From Azolla caroliniana (lineage: Eukaryota; Plantae; Polypodiophyta): a DNA stretch of 64,000 nucleotides. The translations under genes and the position numbers were made by a program. This document shows, in pieces, positions 47,156 to 57,747 of this stretch; position 1 is the stretch's first letter, and each line of letters opens with the position of its first letter. A model generated the notes under the pieces. It was not told where the DNA came from, did not search any database, and worked only from the letters and a program-made list of their open reading frames with translations. The stretch covers positions 13,144,001 to 13,208,000 of the forward strand of contig JBHGNT010000021.1 in assembly GCA_043228905.1 (NCBI GenBank), read 5' to 3'.

Positions 47156-49298
47156 TCTCGGTTATCGGAACCGAGGGAGTCGCGGTTACGCTCGTGGTTC
47201 GGCCTAACCGTCAAAAACTGGACCGAATGGCGCCCGTCCTGGCTCTTGACCCGCGCATAGGCCGAACCGTTGTCCAGCACCTTGGTCTCCATTCGAGCCG
47301 CCGTGATGTACGGCTCTCCCAGTATGACGGGGTGCGATGACGACTCCTGCACGAAGAAGTGCTGGTCTATCTCGACATTGCCGATCTTGACCCGTACATT
47401 CGGGCAGGCCCCGTGAAGTTCCTCGGTGGCGCGCGTCGCCGCCCTTATCTTCCACCCGTGCTTGGTGTTGATCGGCCATTTGCCCTTCTTATAGAAGTCC
47501 ATGGACATCAGGTTGATTTCCGATCCGTGGTCCACCAAAGCTACTACCGGTTCCTGAACATCGCCGATCTTTACCGGGGTTTCCGTGGTCGCTCGGGCCC
47601 AGTGTGGCCGCGAATAGTGGCTCTCCGCCCACTCGTCTTTCAGCGCCATGTCGTCTAGGTGCATCGTCCGCACTTCCACCGGTCTTTCCGGTTCTGTCTC
47701 CGTTGACAGCCTCTTCCGTTTCACCAAGTCCACGATGGAGTCGTGGAACTCCTTCTTGGCGATTCCCAGCACCTCCCGTAGCGACAGCTCCACCTTGCTG
47801 TCGAGGATCCGTTCCTCCAGGACCTTTCGTAAGTCCGTGGTTCTTTCTATCTCCGTCCCCAGACGGTACCCGCCCTTCTGGGTTTATCTTGCGTACCGGC
47901 CCCGCCGGCTTCGTCCCGTCGTGGCCCGGACCGGGTCTCGTATCGTTGTGAGGGCCCGGTCGTCCCGGGTTTCCCCACCCGCTTCTCTTCTACCAGAGCC
48001 TCGTAGTTCCGGCAAGCGGCTTCCACGAAGCCCGTCTTTTCCTCGACCGGGTCGCTCCACCCGGTCATCTCCCGTACCCGTTTCTCCGCACGGTTCGATT
48101 CCTCCCTTTTAAGCCCTGCACCGGCAAGGCCTTCCAGCATCGTCGGCCAGAATCCGGCTTTGCTTTCCTTCCGGGCCTCGCCGCCCCCGACTCGAATACC
48201 GGCCGACGCCGAGTAGTGGACGGTTTCCGCATGTCGGGCCGCCGCCTCTTCCATCAACCTCTTCATTCCGCCTCGCCCGTCGTTTCGGTTTAGGGCCCTT
48301 CTCGTGTCGTTGGCGTGAACCCGGCCTTCCCATAGGTACACCACCCGGTTCCTCAGCGCCTCTGCGAAATCGCCGCAGTCTTTTCGGATGTGGCCGACCC
48401 CGTCGCACCACATGCACCTGTTCCCTGCCGCCGGCCGTCGGTCACGAGCAGGTCCTCCGCCTTCTCTGCGGGCTTGTGCGATTTGGAGGTCTTTTATCGC
48501 CCTCGTCAGTTCTTCCAACGCAGCTCCTCCAGTCGGGCCTCTGATCACGCCGGTCGGAGCTGAACCGGATTCCAGCCACTCCCGAGTCTCTTCCCTTCGC
48601 ACTGGCTGCGCCGGCTCGAGTTTCCTCGCCGCGACTGAGCCCGACCCGGTTGCTCTGTCATCCTCCCATTCTCGCCGTTTGTCGAAACGGCCGCAGGCTC
48701 TCCTGACCGCCGCCCAGTCGGCTGTCAGCCCGTCTTCGGTTTCTAGCAGGGCGCCCATGTGACTCCGATCTCTCTCGTCAACCGATTTGACGAACAGCAG
48801 GACCCGGCTTGTATCCAGGACCATCCTGTCAAGCGCCGAAAGGCGCGCGAAGTTCTCCTCGAACTCCCGGAGGAGTGCCGACGCATTCCTTCCTTTCCCG
48901 GGAGACTCCACCCACTCCATGAAGCTTCGCTTCGAAAGCCGGAGCGCGTCGTCCAGTCCGTATTTTTCCAGGAGCCGACCTTCGAACTCCTCCCAGGTAC
49001 GGCTCTCCGCCCGCACCTCGAGCACCTCCGCGTGGATGCTCGGCATCGCCACTCGGGGAAAACCGGCAAGACGCCTGTCTTCCGGAATGTCCCGCATTAA
49101 CATTTCTGCACCGTAGGACGCCAGGTACTTCGTGGCATCTTTTCCGGTGAATCGACCGATCGTTCCGACGACCGCCTCAATAGCTCTATCGAGGGCGCCG
49201 GTGCCCTCGCGCGCGCTTACTATCCGATCCACGGCCGAAGCCATGGCCTCTGCAAGATCTGCCCCCTTCATTTCCCACTCTTCTGCCGCCTCTTTCAC
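47146..49298 (-). pseudogene. gag: T4 Gag-protease with a single 1-nt deletion at about 47870
   Basis: CMWCDGVGHIRKDC and LVDHGSEINLM; ORFs 47847-49298 and 47146-47793 join if one base is restored (compare T3 at about 51290). Confidence 0.9.
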
Positions 49299-50382
49299 GT
49301 CGGGTTCACCAAGATGTCGGGGTTGCTACGCCCTTGCGTGTAGAAAGGAGGAGGGACCACGGGGGTCTCGAACCGAAGAGCAAGAGAGAGAGGAGTAAGA
49401 GAGAGAGAGACCCGATTACACGGAACCGAAGATCCGATCGCGCAGAACCGACGATTGCACAGGGACACGGCCCAACAAACAGAGATCACAAATAAACGCC
49501 GACACAGATGGACGCAACAACGAGAGATAAGTACTTATGAATGCAAGAAAATAACAGACTAAAGTATTACAACCCACGGTGGGGCGCAAAATAGATACTA
49601 ACGAAAACGAACAGGGCGGCGAACAGCTGCCGACCCCTGTATGTCGCGACGCACAGAAAGGGAAAACAGGTCGGAGGTGCTGCAGGACGCACTCGGGGCG
49701 TTCCACGGAACAGCGCAAGCCTCCTCGAAACCTGCACAGGTACGCGATGGAGCAGAAGACAGAGAGAGCAGGAGTGAGAGAGAAGCTCCGAAATCGGTTC
49801 GGCAGCACTTCGTCCTCTCCGCGGGAGATGTTTTCTTCTATTCTTCCTCTTCCTTTTTATAGCCCGTCAAGAGGCCGTTTGGCATTAACTGCATACCAAC
49901 CGAATCTGCCCACCTAGGATCCTCGTATGTACCTACTTCGTCCTTAGGTACTTCTTGGCGCGCGTGTGTGTGTAGAGCCGTTTCCCACGCCTTGTTCCTC
50001 CGATTCCTCTTGTGGGCGGTTTTCTTCACGACACCGTGTGCTTCCGGCAGAGTCTCCATCTCGCTCTTCTGTGTGTGTGAGTGAACAGGCGTCGGTGTTC
50101 ACCTTGCCGGCCTGTTAGTTGTAACCGTCACGATATATATATATATATTTATATACATACGTGTTCATATACTCGGACTGCTAGTCGTCTCGTTTTGTTG
50201 TGTTATTGGACTGTGATTCCTGTGTGCTCCCGTGTCTGTGCGTGTGCAAGTACGTTCGTTGCCTTCCCGCTCTCCTCCTTCTCAGCTATTTCTCGGTCCA
50301 AGACCCCGGTGGTCCCGCCTCATTCCCCCCGCACGACATATTTGGTGAACCCGACGTGAACAGGAGGCAGAGGAATAGAAAG

Positions 50383-53300
50383 ATGAGGGGGTCGAATCTC
50401 ACAGAAGCCATGGCTTCAGATGTGGATCAGATAGTGAGTGTGCGCAAAGGCACAGGCGCCCTCGATAGGGCTATTGAAGCGGTCGTCGGCATGATAGGCC
50501 GGTTCGGTGGGAAGGATGCCACGAGCTATTTGGAGGCCTACCAGGCCGAGATGGTAATGAGAGACATTCCGGAAGAGACCTGAGACTGGCTCGAGACCGG
50601 ATCGACTTCGACCGGCATGGTCAAAGGTTCGTCCAGAGGATCATCTCTAGAGGAGCTGACTAGGATGGTAAAGGACCTCCAGATTGCACAGGCACAGAGG
50701 GACGGCGACGAACAGGTCCGTGACCGGAGGCCTCTGGCTGGAAACCGGTGTTTGTGGTGCGACGCGGTCGGCCACGTCCAGAAGGACTGCGGGGACTTCG
50801 CCGAGGCAATGAGAGCCAACGTGGTGTACCTATGGAACGGTCGAGTGCACGCTAGCGAGACCCGAAGGCCCCTGGACCTAAATGTCAGAAGAGGGGGTAT
50901 GAAACGACTGATGGAAGAAGCGGTGGCTCGCCACACAGAGACCGTCCACTACTCGGCGTCGGCTGGGATCCGGGTCAGAGGTGGTGAGGCCCGGAAGACG
51001 AACGAAGCTGGATTCTGGCTGCTGATGCTGGAAGGCCTCGCCGACGCACGACTAAGGAAAGAAGAAGCAGACCGAGCGGAAAAACGGGTCCGGGAGATAA
51101 CCGGGTGGAGTGACCCGGTCGAAGAGAAGACGGGCTTCGTTGAAGCCGCATGCCAGAACTACAAGGCTCTGGTGGAAGACAAGCGAGTAGGTAAAACCGG
51201 AGGGGCCGGGCCCTCGAAAAGGTAGGAGACCCGATTCGGTCAAAGGAAAAATGAGGCTGGTGCGACGGGCGCACCGGATAAAGCCAAGAAGGCCGGGTAC
51301 CGGTTGAGCACGGTAATCGAAAGGACCATGGACCTGCGAAAGGTCCTGGAGGAACGTATCCTCGACAACAAAGTGGAACTGTCACTGAGGGAAGTGCTCG
51401 GGATTGCCAAGAAGGAGTTCCACGACTCCATCGTAGACTTGGTGAGGAGGAAGAGGCTATCGACAGAGCCAAAGCCGGAGAAGCCGGTGGAAGTGCGAAC
51501 GACGCACATAGAGGACATGGTGCTAGAAGACGAGTTGGCCGAGAGCCACTATTGGAGGCCGCACTGGGCCAGAGAGACCACAGAGACCCCAGTTAAGATC
51601 GGGGATGTCCAGGAGCCGGTGGTGGCATTGGTGGACCACGGTTCAGAAATCAACTTGATGTCCACGGACTTCTACAAAAAGGGGAAATGGCCGATCAACA
51701 CCAAACACTACTGGAAAATACAGGCAGTGACGCACGCCATGGAAGAACTACATGGATCCTGCACGAACGTACGGGTGAAAATCGGTAATGTCGAGATTGA
51801 CCAGCACTTCTTCGTGCACGAGACGTCCTCACATCCGGTTATACTAGGAGAACCATACATCACGGCGGCATGGATGGAGACAAGGTGCTGGACAACGGTT
51901 CGGCCTATGCAAGAGTCAAGAGCCAGGACAGGCATCACTTGGTCCAGTTCCTGATGGTGCGACCAAACCATGAGCGTAACCGCGAGACCCTCGGTGGCGA
52001 AACCCGATGGGATTTTTAGAGAGGGCTATCAAGGTGTGGGGCCGCGATAGTCCGGACACCCCAGAAAAACCCCACAAATGTACACTACGGAAGAAGACCT
52101 ATACCATAGGTAGGAAATTTTGGTTCTCCGACAACGGAGGTTGTACTATGGCCGGTGTCAACGGCCGGGAAAGGAAGCAAGCAGAGAAGGGCTCAGGGGA
52201 TGCAGAGTCCTCTCCCCCGACGAAGAGATCAGTGGCGCCGTGGAGGCGGTCTCTTTTGGCAACACCTTGGGCGAGTTGTGAAAGGTGATCAGTGGAGGCC
52301 TTAGAGAAGACCGGACGATTCCGGTTGGTTCAATGGGAATGTACGAAATCATAGTGAACTTCGGGGAAAGGATCGGGTCGGATCAGACGGCTCGCGTGGA
52401 TACAAAGTACAAGACTGTGGACCAGAAGGTGAGGCTAGTCGCGGCACCTTTGCCGGAGGGCAGCGAGGAGCGAATAAAAGGGGTCGCGTCGGACCCAAGT
52501 TTACGGAATCCGGCTGGCATAGGGCACCGGTTCACCGACATAACGCTACGGGAGCTCATGGTCGGTGGGGGTGACTTTCTACTGCCCGTGGAGGAGAACA
52601 GGCTTTGGAGAATGCTCGGAAGGCATGGGAAAGCCTTCGCGTTCTCGCCGGAGGAGATCGGGTGCGTGGACTCGACAATCGTTAAACCGATGGTGATCTT
52701 CATGGTACCGCATGTACCGTGGAATCTCAAACCAATTTCGGTGCCGAGAGCTCACATCCCGAACTTGATGGAGCTTCTGAAGCAAAAGGTGGAGATGGGC
52801 ATCCTCGAGCCGTCGAGTGCCCCGTATTCAAATCGGTGGTTTACGGTGCCGAAGAAGAACGGCACGCTGCGCTTCATTCAGGACCTGCAACCGGTCAACA
52901 GGGTGACCATCCGTAATGCAGGAATCAGACCGACCATAGACGAGTTCGCGGAGGCCTTCGTTGGGAGGTCGATCTATTCAGTCGGTGACTTATACTCGGG
53001 GTATGACCAGTTCCAGCTAGCCGTGGAGAGTAGGGATATCACGACGATGCGAACCCCTCTCGGCCTAGTACGGATGTGTACCCTACCACAAGGCGGGACG
53101 AACTCGGTGGCGCATATGGTGAACGCAATGAACAAAGTGCTGAGGGACTGCATCCCGGACATCACCATGCCATTCTTGGATGACATCTCGAAAAAAGGGG
53201 TGTCCGGTGGAAGATGCGGACGAGACTGTTGGGCCGGACAGATGCCGGAGGTTCGTTGTGAACCACATCAACGACTGCGAGAAGGTGCTGCAAAGGCTCG

Positions 53301-55478
53301 AGAGCGCACGCCTCACCTTCTCCGGAGAAAAATCGGCGTTCGGGCAGTCAGAGATCTTGGTGGTCGGACACCTGTGTGGGCCTTATGGTAGGAAACCGTC
53401 TCCGGCAAAGGTAGAAACCATCTCCGCGATGAAGGACGATTGCGGGTCGGTTACGGAGGTCCGCAGATTCTTGGGGGCGTGCGCGTTCTACCACATCTAG
53501 GTTCCGCACTACGCACATGTTGCGGAGCCGCTCTACGGGCTATTGAAGAAAGAGCACACGGAGTTGGTCCGAAGACTAAAGGAGGTGCTTACGGTAGCAC
53601 CAACTCTCCGTAAAGCGGCTTACGACAAGGGCATCCCCATCTACGTGAAGGTGGACAAGAGCCCGACCGGGATCGGGTGGGTGATCAATCAAGAGGATGA
53701 CGTTGGCACGAGGTTCCCCATCCGGTTCAGCGCGAAGGTCCTCAGTGAGCGACAACGAGGATACGCCCAGGTTAAACGCGAATTCTGGGGTATCGTTTCG
53801 GCGGTGAAGGCCGATAGAGACTACCTGATCGGGACGGAGGTAATAATCGAGACTGACTGCCTGCCGATTCTCGGCATGGTTTCCGGATGCGCGATGCCAG
53901 TCCTGGCAATGCTCAGGTGGATAGCGTACATCAAGTCCCCTGAATCTGGAGATACGACACATTTCCGGAAAAGACAATGCCATGGCCGACATGCTCTCAA
54001 GGGCGAGGTTCGAAAACGAGGACGACATGGTTTCAGAGGACGAGGAAGTCGGTGTAGATTTCTTCAAGGCGGCATACGTGACGACCAGAAAGGGGAGCAC
54101 TCCGGCGCTTAACGAATTCGACGAGAGAAAGTATGACGGGGAGTGGCTCCAGATCGGCGGGCTCTTGAAAACAATGACACCAAACGCGGAGTGGACAAAG
54201 GAAGAGACCAACCGGATCTGGAAGAAAGCGTACCGATTCTTCCTTTGGGACGGGTACATATGGAAGCACCCGAAGAAGAGGGATGACATTTCGCTCGGAG
54301 TGGTGCTGAAGAAGGAGGAACATGAGGAGTTGCTGGAGGCCTACCACGAGAGTCCCTAGGCCGAACACTGCGGAACGTGGGCCACGTTCGAGAAGCTAAA
54401 GGGGAAGTACTGGTGGTCGGGACTGTACCGGGACGTGCATCGGTTCGTGATGACTTGCGAAAGCTATCAGATGCACTCCGTAGTCCGACACCGGAACGAG
54501 CTTCACCCGACCTACCCTCCGACGGTCCACTTCAAATGGATGGTAGATTTAGTGACGATGCCGATGGGGGTAGGATAGATGCGGTATCTGGTGCTGGCTC
54601 GGGAGGATCTAACGAACCAGGTTGAAGGACGAGCGCTGCAGAACAAAACGACCGCGGCTGTGTGCCGGTTTCTGATCGAGGACGTGATATGTCGGTATGG
54701 GAGCGTAGGGAAGATCGTGGCTGACCGCGGAGAGTTGGACGCGCAAGAGGTTGAAGAGCTGTTTGACCGACTAGGGGTCAAACTCTCGCTCACCACGGCG
54801 TACAATCCGGAGGCTAACGAGAAGGTGGAGTGCGGACACGAGCCGATCGTCAAAGCGCTAGTACGGGCGTGTGAAGGCCAAGTCGGGAGTTGGCCGCGAC
54901 TGCTACCTTATGCCTTGTGGGCGGACCGAACTACGCACAGTTCGGTAACTGGGTTCATGCTGGCAGAGCTTATGTACGGACAGAGGTAGATCATGCCAAC
55001 GGAGCGAACCATCTCCTCATGGGGCATGGTGGACTGGAGAGATGAGATGAGCCGGGAGGAGCTGCTAGCGGCACGGATTCGACAGCTCGAGCAAAGGCTG
55101 GAGGACGTGGAACGAGCCGCGGAGAAGCTTCGGTTGGCAAGGTTGAAGAACAAAGGGTGGTTTCACCGAACTGACCGACTGCAACCGAAGAAAATCGAGG
55201 AAGGCGACTGGGTCCTAGTGTATGACAACAACCTCGACAACCAGCACAGGGCAATGCGAAAATTTGCAAGGAGGTGGTTCGGGCCTTACGTGGTGACAGG
55301 CACCAACAACGGGACCTACCATCTTGCGGAGCTCGACGACACGACGATGGCAATGCGGGTAGCGGGGAAGAGGGTCAAAGCGTTTAAGAAACGACATGAG
55401 TGCGAGCCAGATCTGGAAAGCATGGACGGCGACAACGGGCGGTCTGAGGCGGATGACGAACCGGAAGAGAAGGAGTGA
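50383..55478 (+). pseudogene. gag-pol: T3 gag-pol, degenerate, with a deletion of about 490 bp in gag
   Basis: Collinear with T4; several CAG>TAG and TGG>TAG stops and frameshifts. Confidence 0.92.
52010..52076 (+). promoter_or_regulatory. Putative -1 frameshift signal in T3
   Basis: GGATTTT TAG; stems GGGCTATC/GATAGTCC and TGTGGGG/CCCCACA. Confidence 0.82.
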
Positions 55479-56667
55479 AGCATGGACTGGTTTTCTCCCG
55501 CAAGAGCCCAAATTTGGCGCATACCGGTGGATGCGCGGTTACGTGGGGGCAGATGTTGTGAAGAAAACCGTCCATAGGCAGAAACCGAGTTTAGCGTGTG
55601 TAAACCAGCCCTTACACGCGAGCACACTTTTCGTTGTATAGTAAGTAGGTAGGCACAAGTTGGCTGAGGTGAAATCCTAGGTAGCCCGCATTCAATAGGG
55701 AGAGAATCGAGGGGGTATCTCTGTCCAAAAGGACAGAGAATTAATATGATGTAACGGATGATAATGGCCTCCCTCCTTGGGCTATAAAAGAGAGGGAGAG
55801 GAATGGGAAAAAGGGATCGTGTGTTAGAGAGGACAAGGTGATGTCGGACTGGGACCGAGCCCTTCTCCTCTACGACTCTCCATAGCCATTTTTTTGCGCA
55901 GGTTTTCGGGAGGTTGACTCTGCTCCGTGGAACGCCCGTGTGCTTCCGGTAGAGTCTCCATCTTGCTCTTCTGTGTGTATGAGTGAACAGGCGTCGGTGT
56001 TCACCTTGCCGGCCTGTTAGTTGTAACCGTCTCGATATATATATATATATTTATATACATATGTGTTCATATACTCGGACTGCTAGTCGTCTCATTTTGT
56101 TGTGTTGTTGGACTGTGATTCCTGTGTGCTCCCGTGTCTGTGCGTGCGCAAGTACGTTCGTTGCCTTCCCGCTCTCCTCCTTCTCAGCTATTTCTCGGTC
56201 CAAGACCCCGGTGGTTCCGCCTCGTTCCCCATGCACGCGCGTAACAACGCGACATCGCGCTCTGATACCATGTAGAAGCTACACATTGACCACGACTGGC
56301 TCAACTGGATAGCAACAGAAGACAAAAATGTAGGTTTAATAGAAAGCTTGAGAACAATATGTGAGAGAGAGACATAGAGAGAGTCAGACAACAAAACTTA
56401 GTTTCAAAATAACACTCTATTCTATACATCGATCATGCTCAGAGAGAACTTTTATACAAGTCCTTAAAAGGATTGACACAAGTACCATTAGTACTTGAAT
56501 GCTCATAAAAGAGCTCCTACACTAACTCCCAAAATATATTCCTTTGTGGAATATCTTTCCAACAACCTTCTGGCTCCCGCGAATCCGGCCTCGCCGATCG
56601 GTCTGATCCGATTCGGTTCTCGGCTTCTTTAACCGATCTGGCCCAAGTTGAGCTTGCTCGCTCAACA

Positions 56668-57010
56668 TCTTTGTTATTGTCGGGACTTGCAATACATTCA
56701 TGAGTTTTCCCTTCTGCCCGATATGACTTAAGGGAACTTCAATAACATGTTTGATCGGGTGCGGAGTGTCGTCTCTGGTTTCGACCACTCCAGATTGCTC
56801 CGATTTCTCTAGGTATGAGAACCATTCCTCATGGCTCATCATATGATTTGACGCTTCGGAGTCAATGTACCACATCTCATTTGATTGTGAGGTGGTCTTC
56901 TTCATCAAGTTCGCCTTATGCTTTATCACAACGGTTGACCCTTTTTTCGGTTTTTCCGGTTCCGGATCCTTCTGGTCCTTCATTGTAGTGCGACTTTTGT
57001 TGATTCCCGT
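56668..57010 (-). pseudogene. copia-A gag C-terminus and protease fragment (likely continuation of copy 1)
   Basis: MWYIDSEASNHM...VPTITK; aligns 75 bp beyond the point where copy 1 stops at 13348, using copy 3 as the ruler. Confidence 0.8.
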
Positions 57011-57747
57011 TGTCGTGAAGATTTTCGTCCACAAGCGGAAACCCGAGCAACAAGAGCCAAAGAGCGATGTGCAACGTTGCACACGTACATAATGTATTTG
57101 TAATAGTAATAAGGGTAAAGGGTATGGTGCTAGAAATGCCCCATAAGATCCCTAAGGTATAAAGGTGATGTGGTCTTGTGCGCACATCCACGCGCGAGAG
57201 AGAGAGAGGTACTATGCGGTACATAGGTACCTAGTTGTTTGTGAGGAGGTGGGAGTTAAGGGGGCCATCAATCTCACCCTCCCCAAATCAAGGCAAATAT
57301 CCCCTTTGAATGAAAGGGGATATTTTAGTCTCGCTTTTGTAAACGGTCTTCCCTCCTTGTGCTATAAAAAGAGAGGGAAGGCACCATTGTGAGGGTGGCC
57401 TATTTTGAGTGTGCGAGGTATACCACATAGGTCGAGCATTAGGGTTAGGGTTAGGGTTTCTTTGTCTTTTCTTCGTCTTCGTCGGTTAGGGTTTCGAGTA
57501 GTCGTTTGGTGCGGCCTACGCGGCCACCGTTTTGTAATCGTTCATTTCGTTTTAATATATCTTGTTGATAATCTTGTCTCCATCTTCCTCTTGTTCGATC
57601 TAATCTGTTGTTCATTCTTCTTTTTCTTGAGCGAAGCTTCCATTCCATGTCCGATTCCTTCTCCTCTACTCCTTTGTCCAAGACCCTCATGGTCCCGCCC
57701 TTCTCCACGCACGCGCATAGCAATGTGACATATTTGGTGAACCCGAC

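Larger units (their letters stand above)
42867..50033 (-). mobile_element. Young, near-intact gypsy T4; TSD CCGT
   Basis: 719-bp LTRs at 42867-43585 and 49315-50033 with one substitution seen; TSD at 42863-42866 and 50034-50037; perfect 18-nt tRNA-Trp PBS at 49294-49311. Confidence 0.97.
42512..56254 (+). mobile_element. Full-length degenerate gypsy T3; TSD TCGC; 5' LTR interrupted by T4
   Basis: 5' LTR 42512-42866 plus 50038-50338; PBS 50343-50360; 3' LTR 55554-56254; TSD at 42508-42511 and 56255-56258. Confidence 0.94.
40024..56667 (-). mobile_element. copia-A copy 4 (IN, PR, gag 40024-42511; PBS 56259-56270; 5' LTR 56271-56667), split by T3
   Basis: CLYCGKKGHRESEC, WYVDS, IHSNVWGP; GCTCTGATACCA beside the LTR; the leader continues across TSD TCGC. 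Confidence 0.9.

Noticed and set aside
47847-47890. Second programmed frameshift within T4 gag
   Set aside because: T1 gag is continuous here and T3 has the missing base, so this is a mutation or an assembly error.
21303-56667. LTRs at 21303 and 56271 as the two ends of one element
   Set aside because: The U3 sequences differ, the flanks (GATGC versus TCTTT) do not match, and gag and IN occur twice between them.
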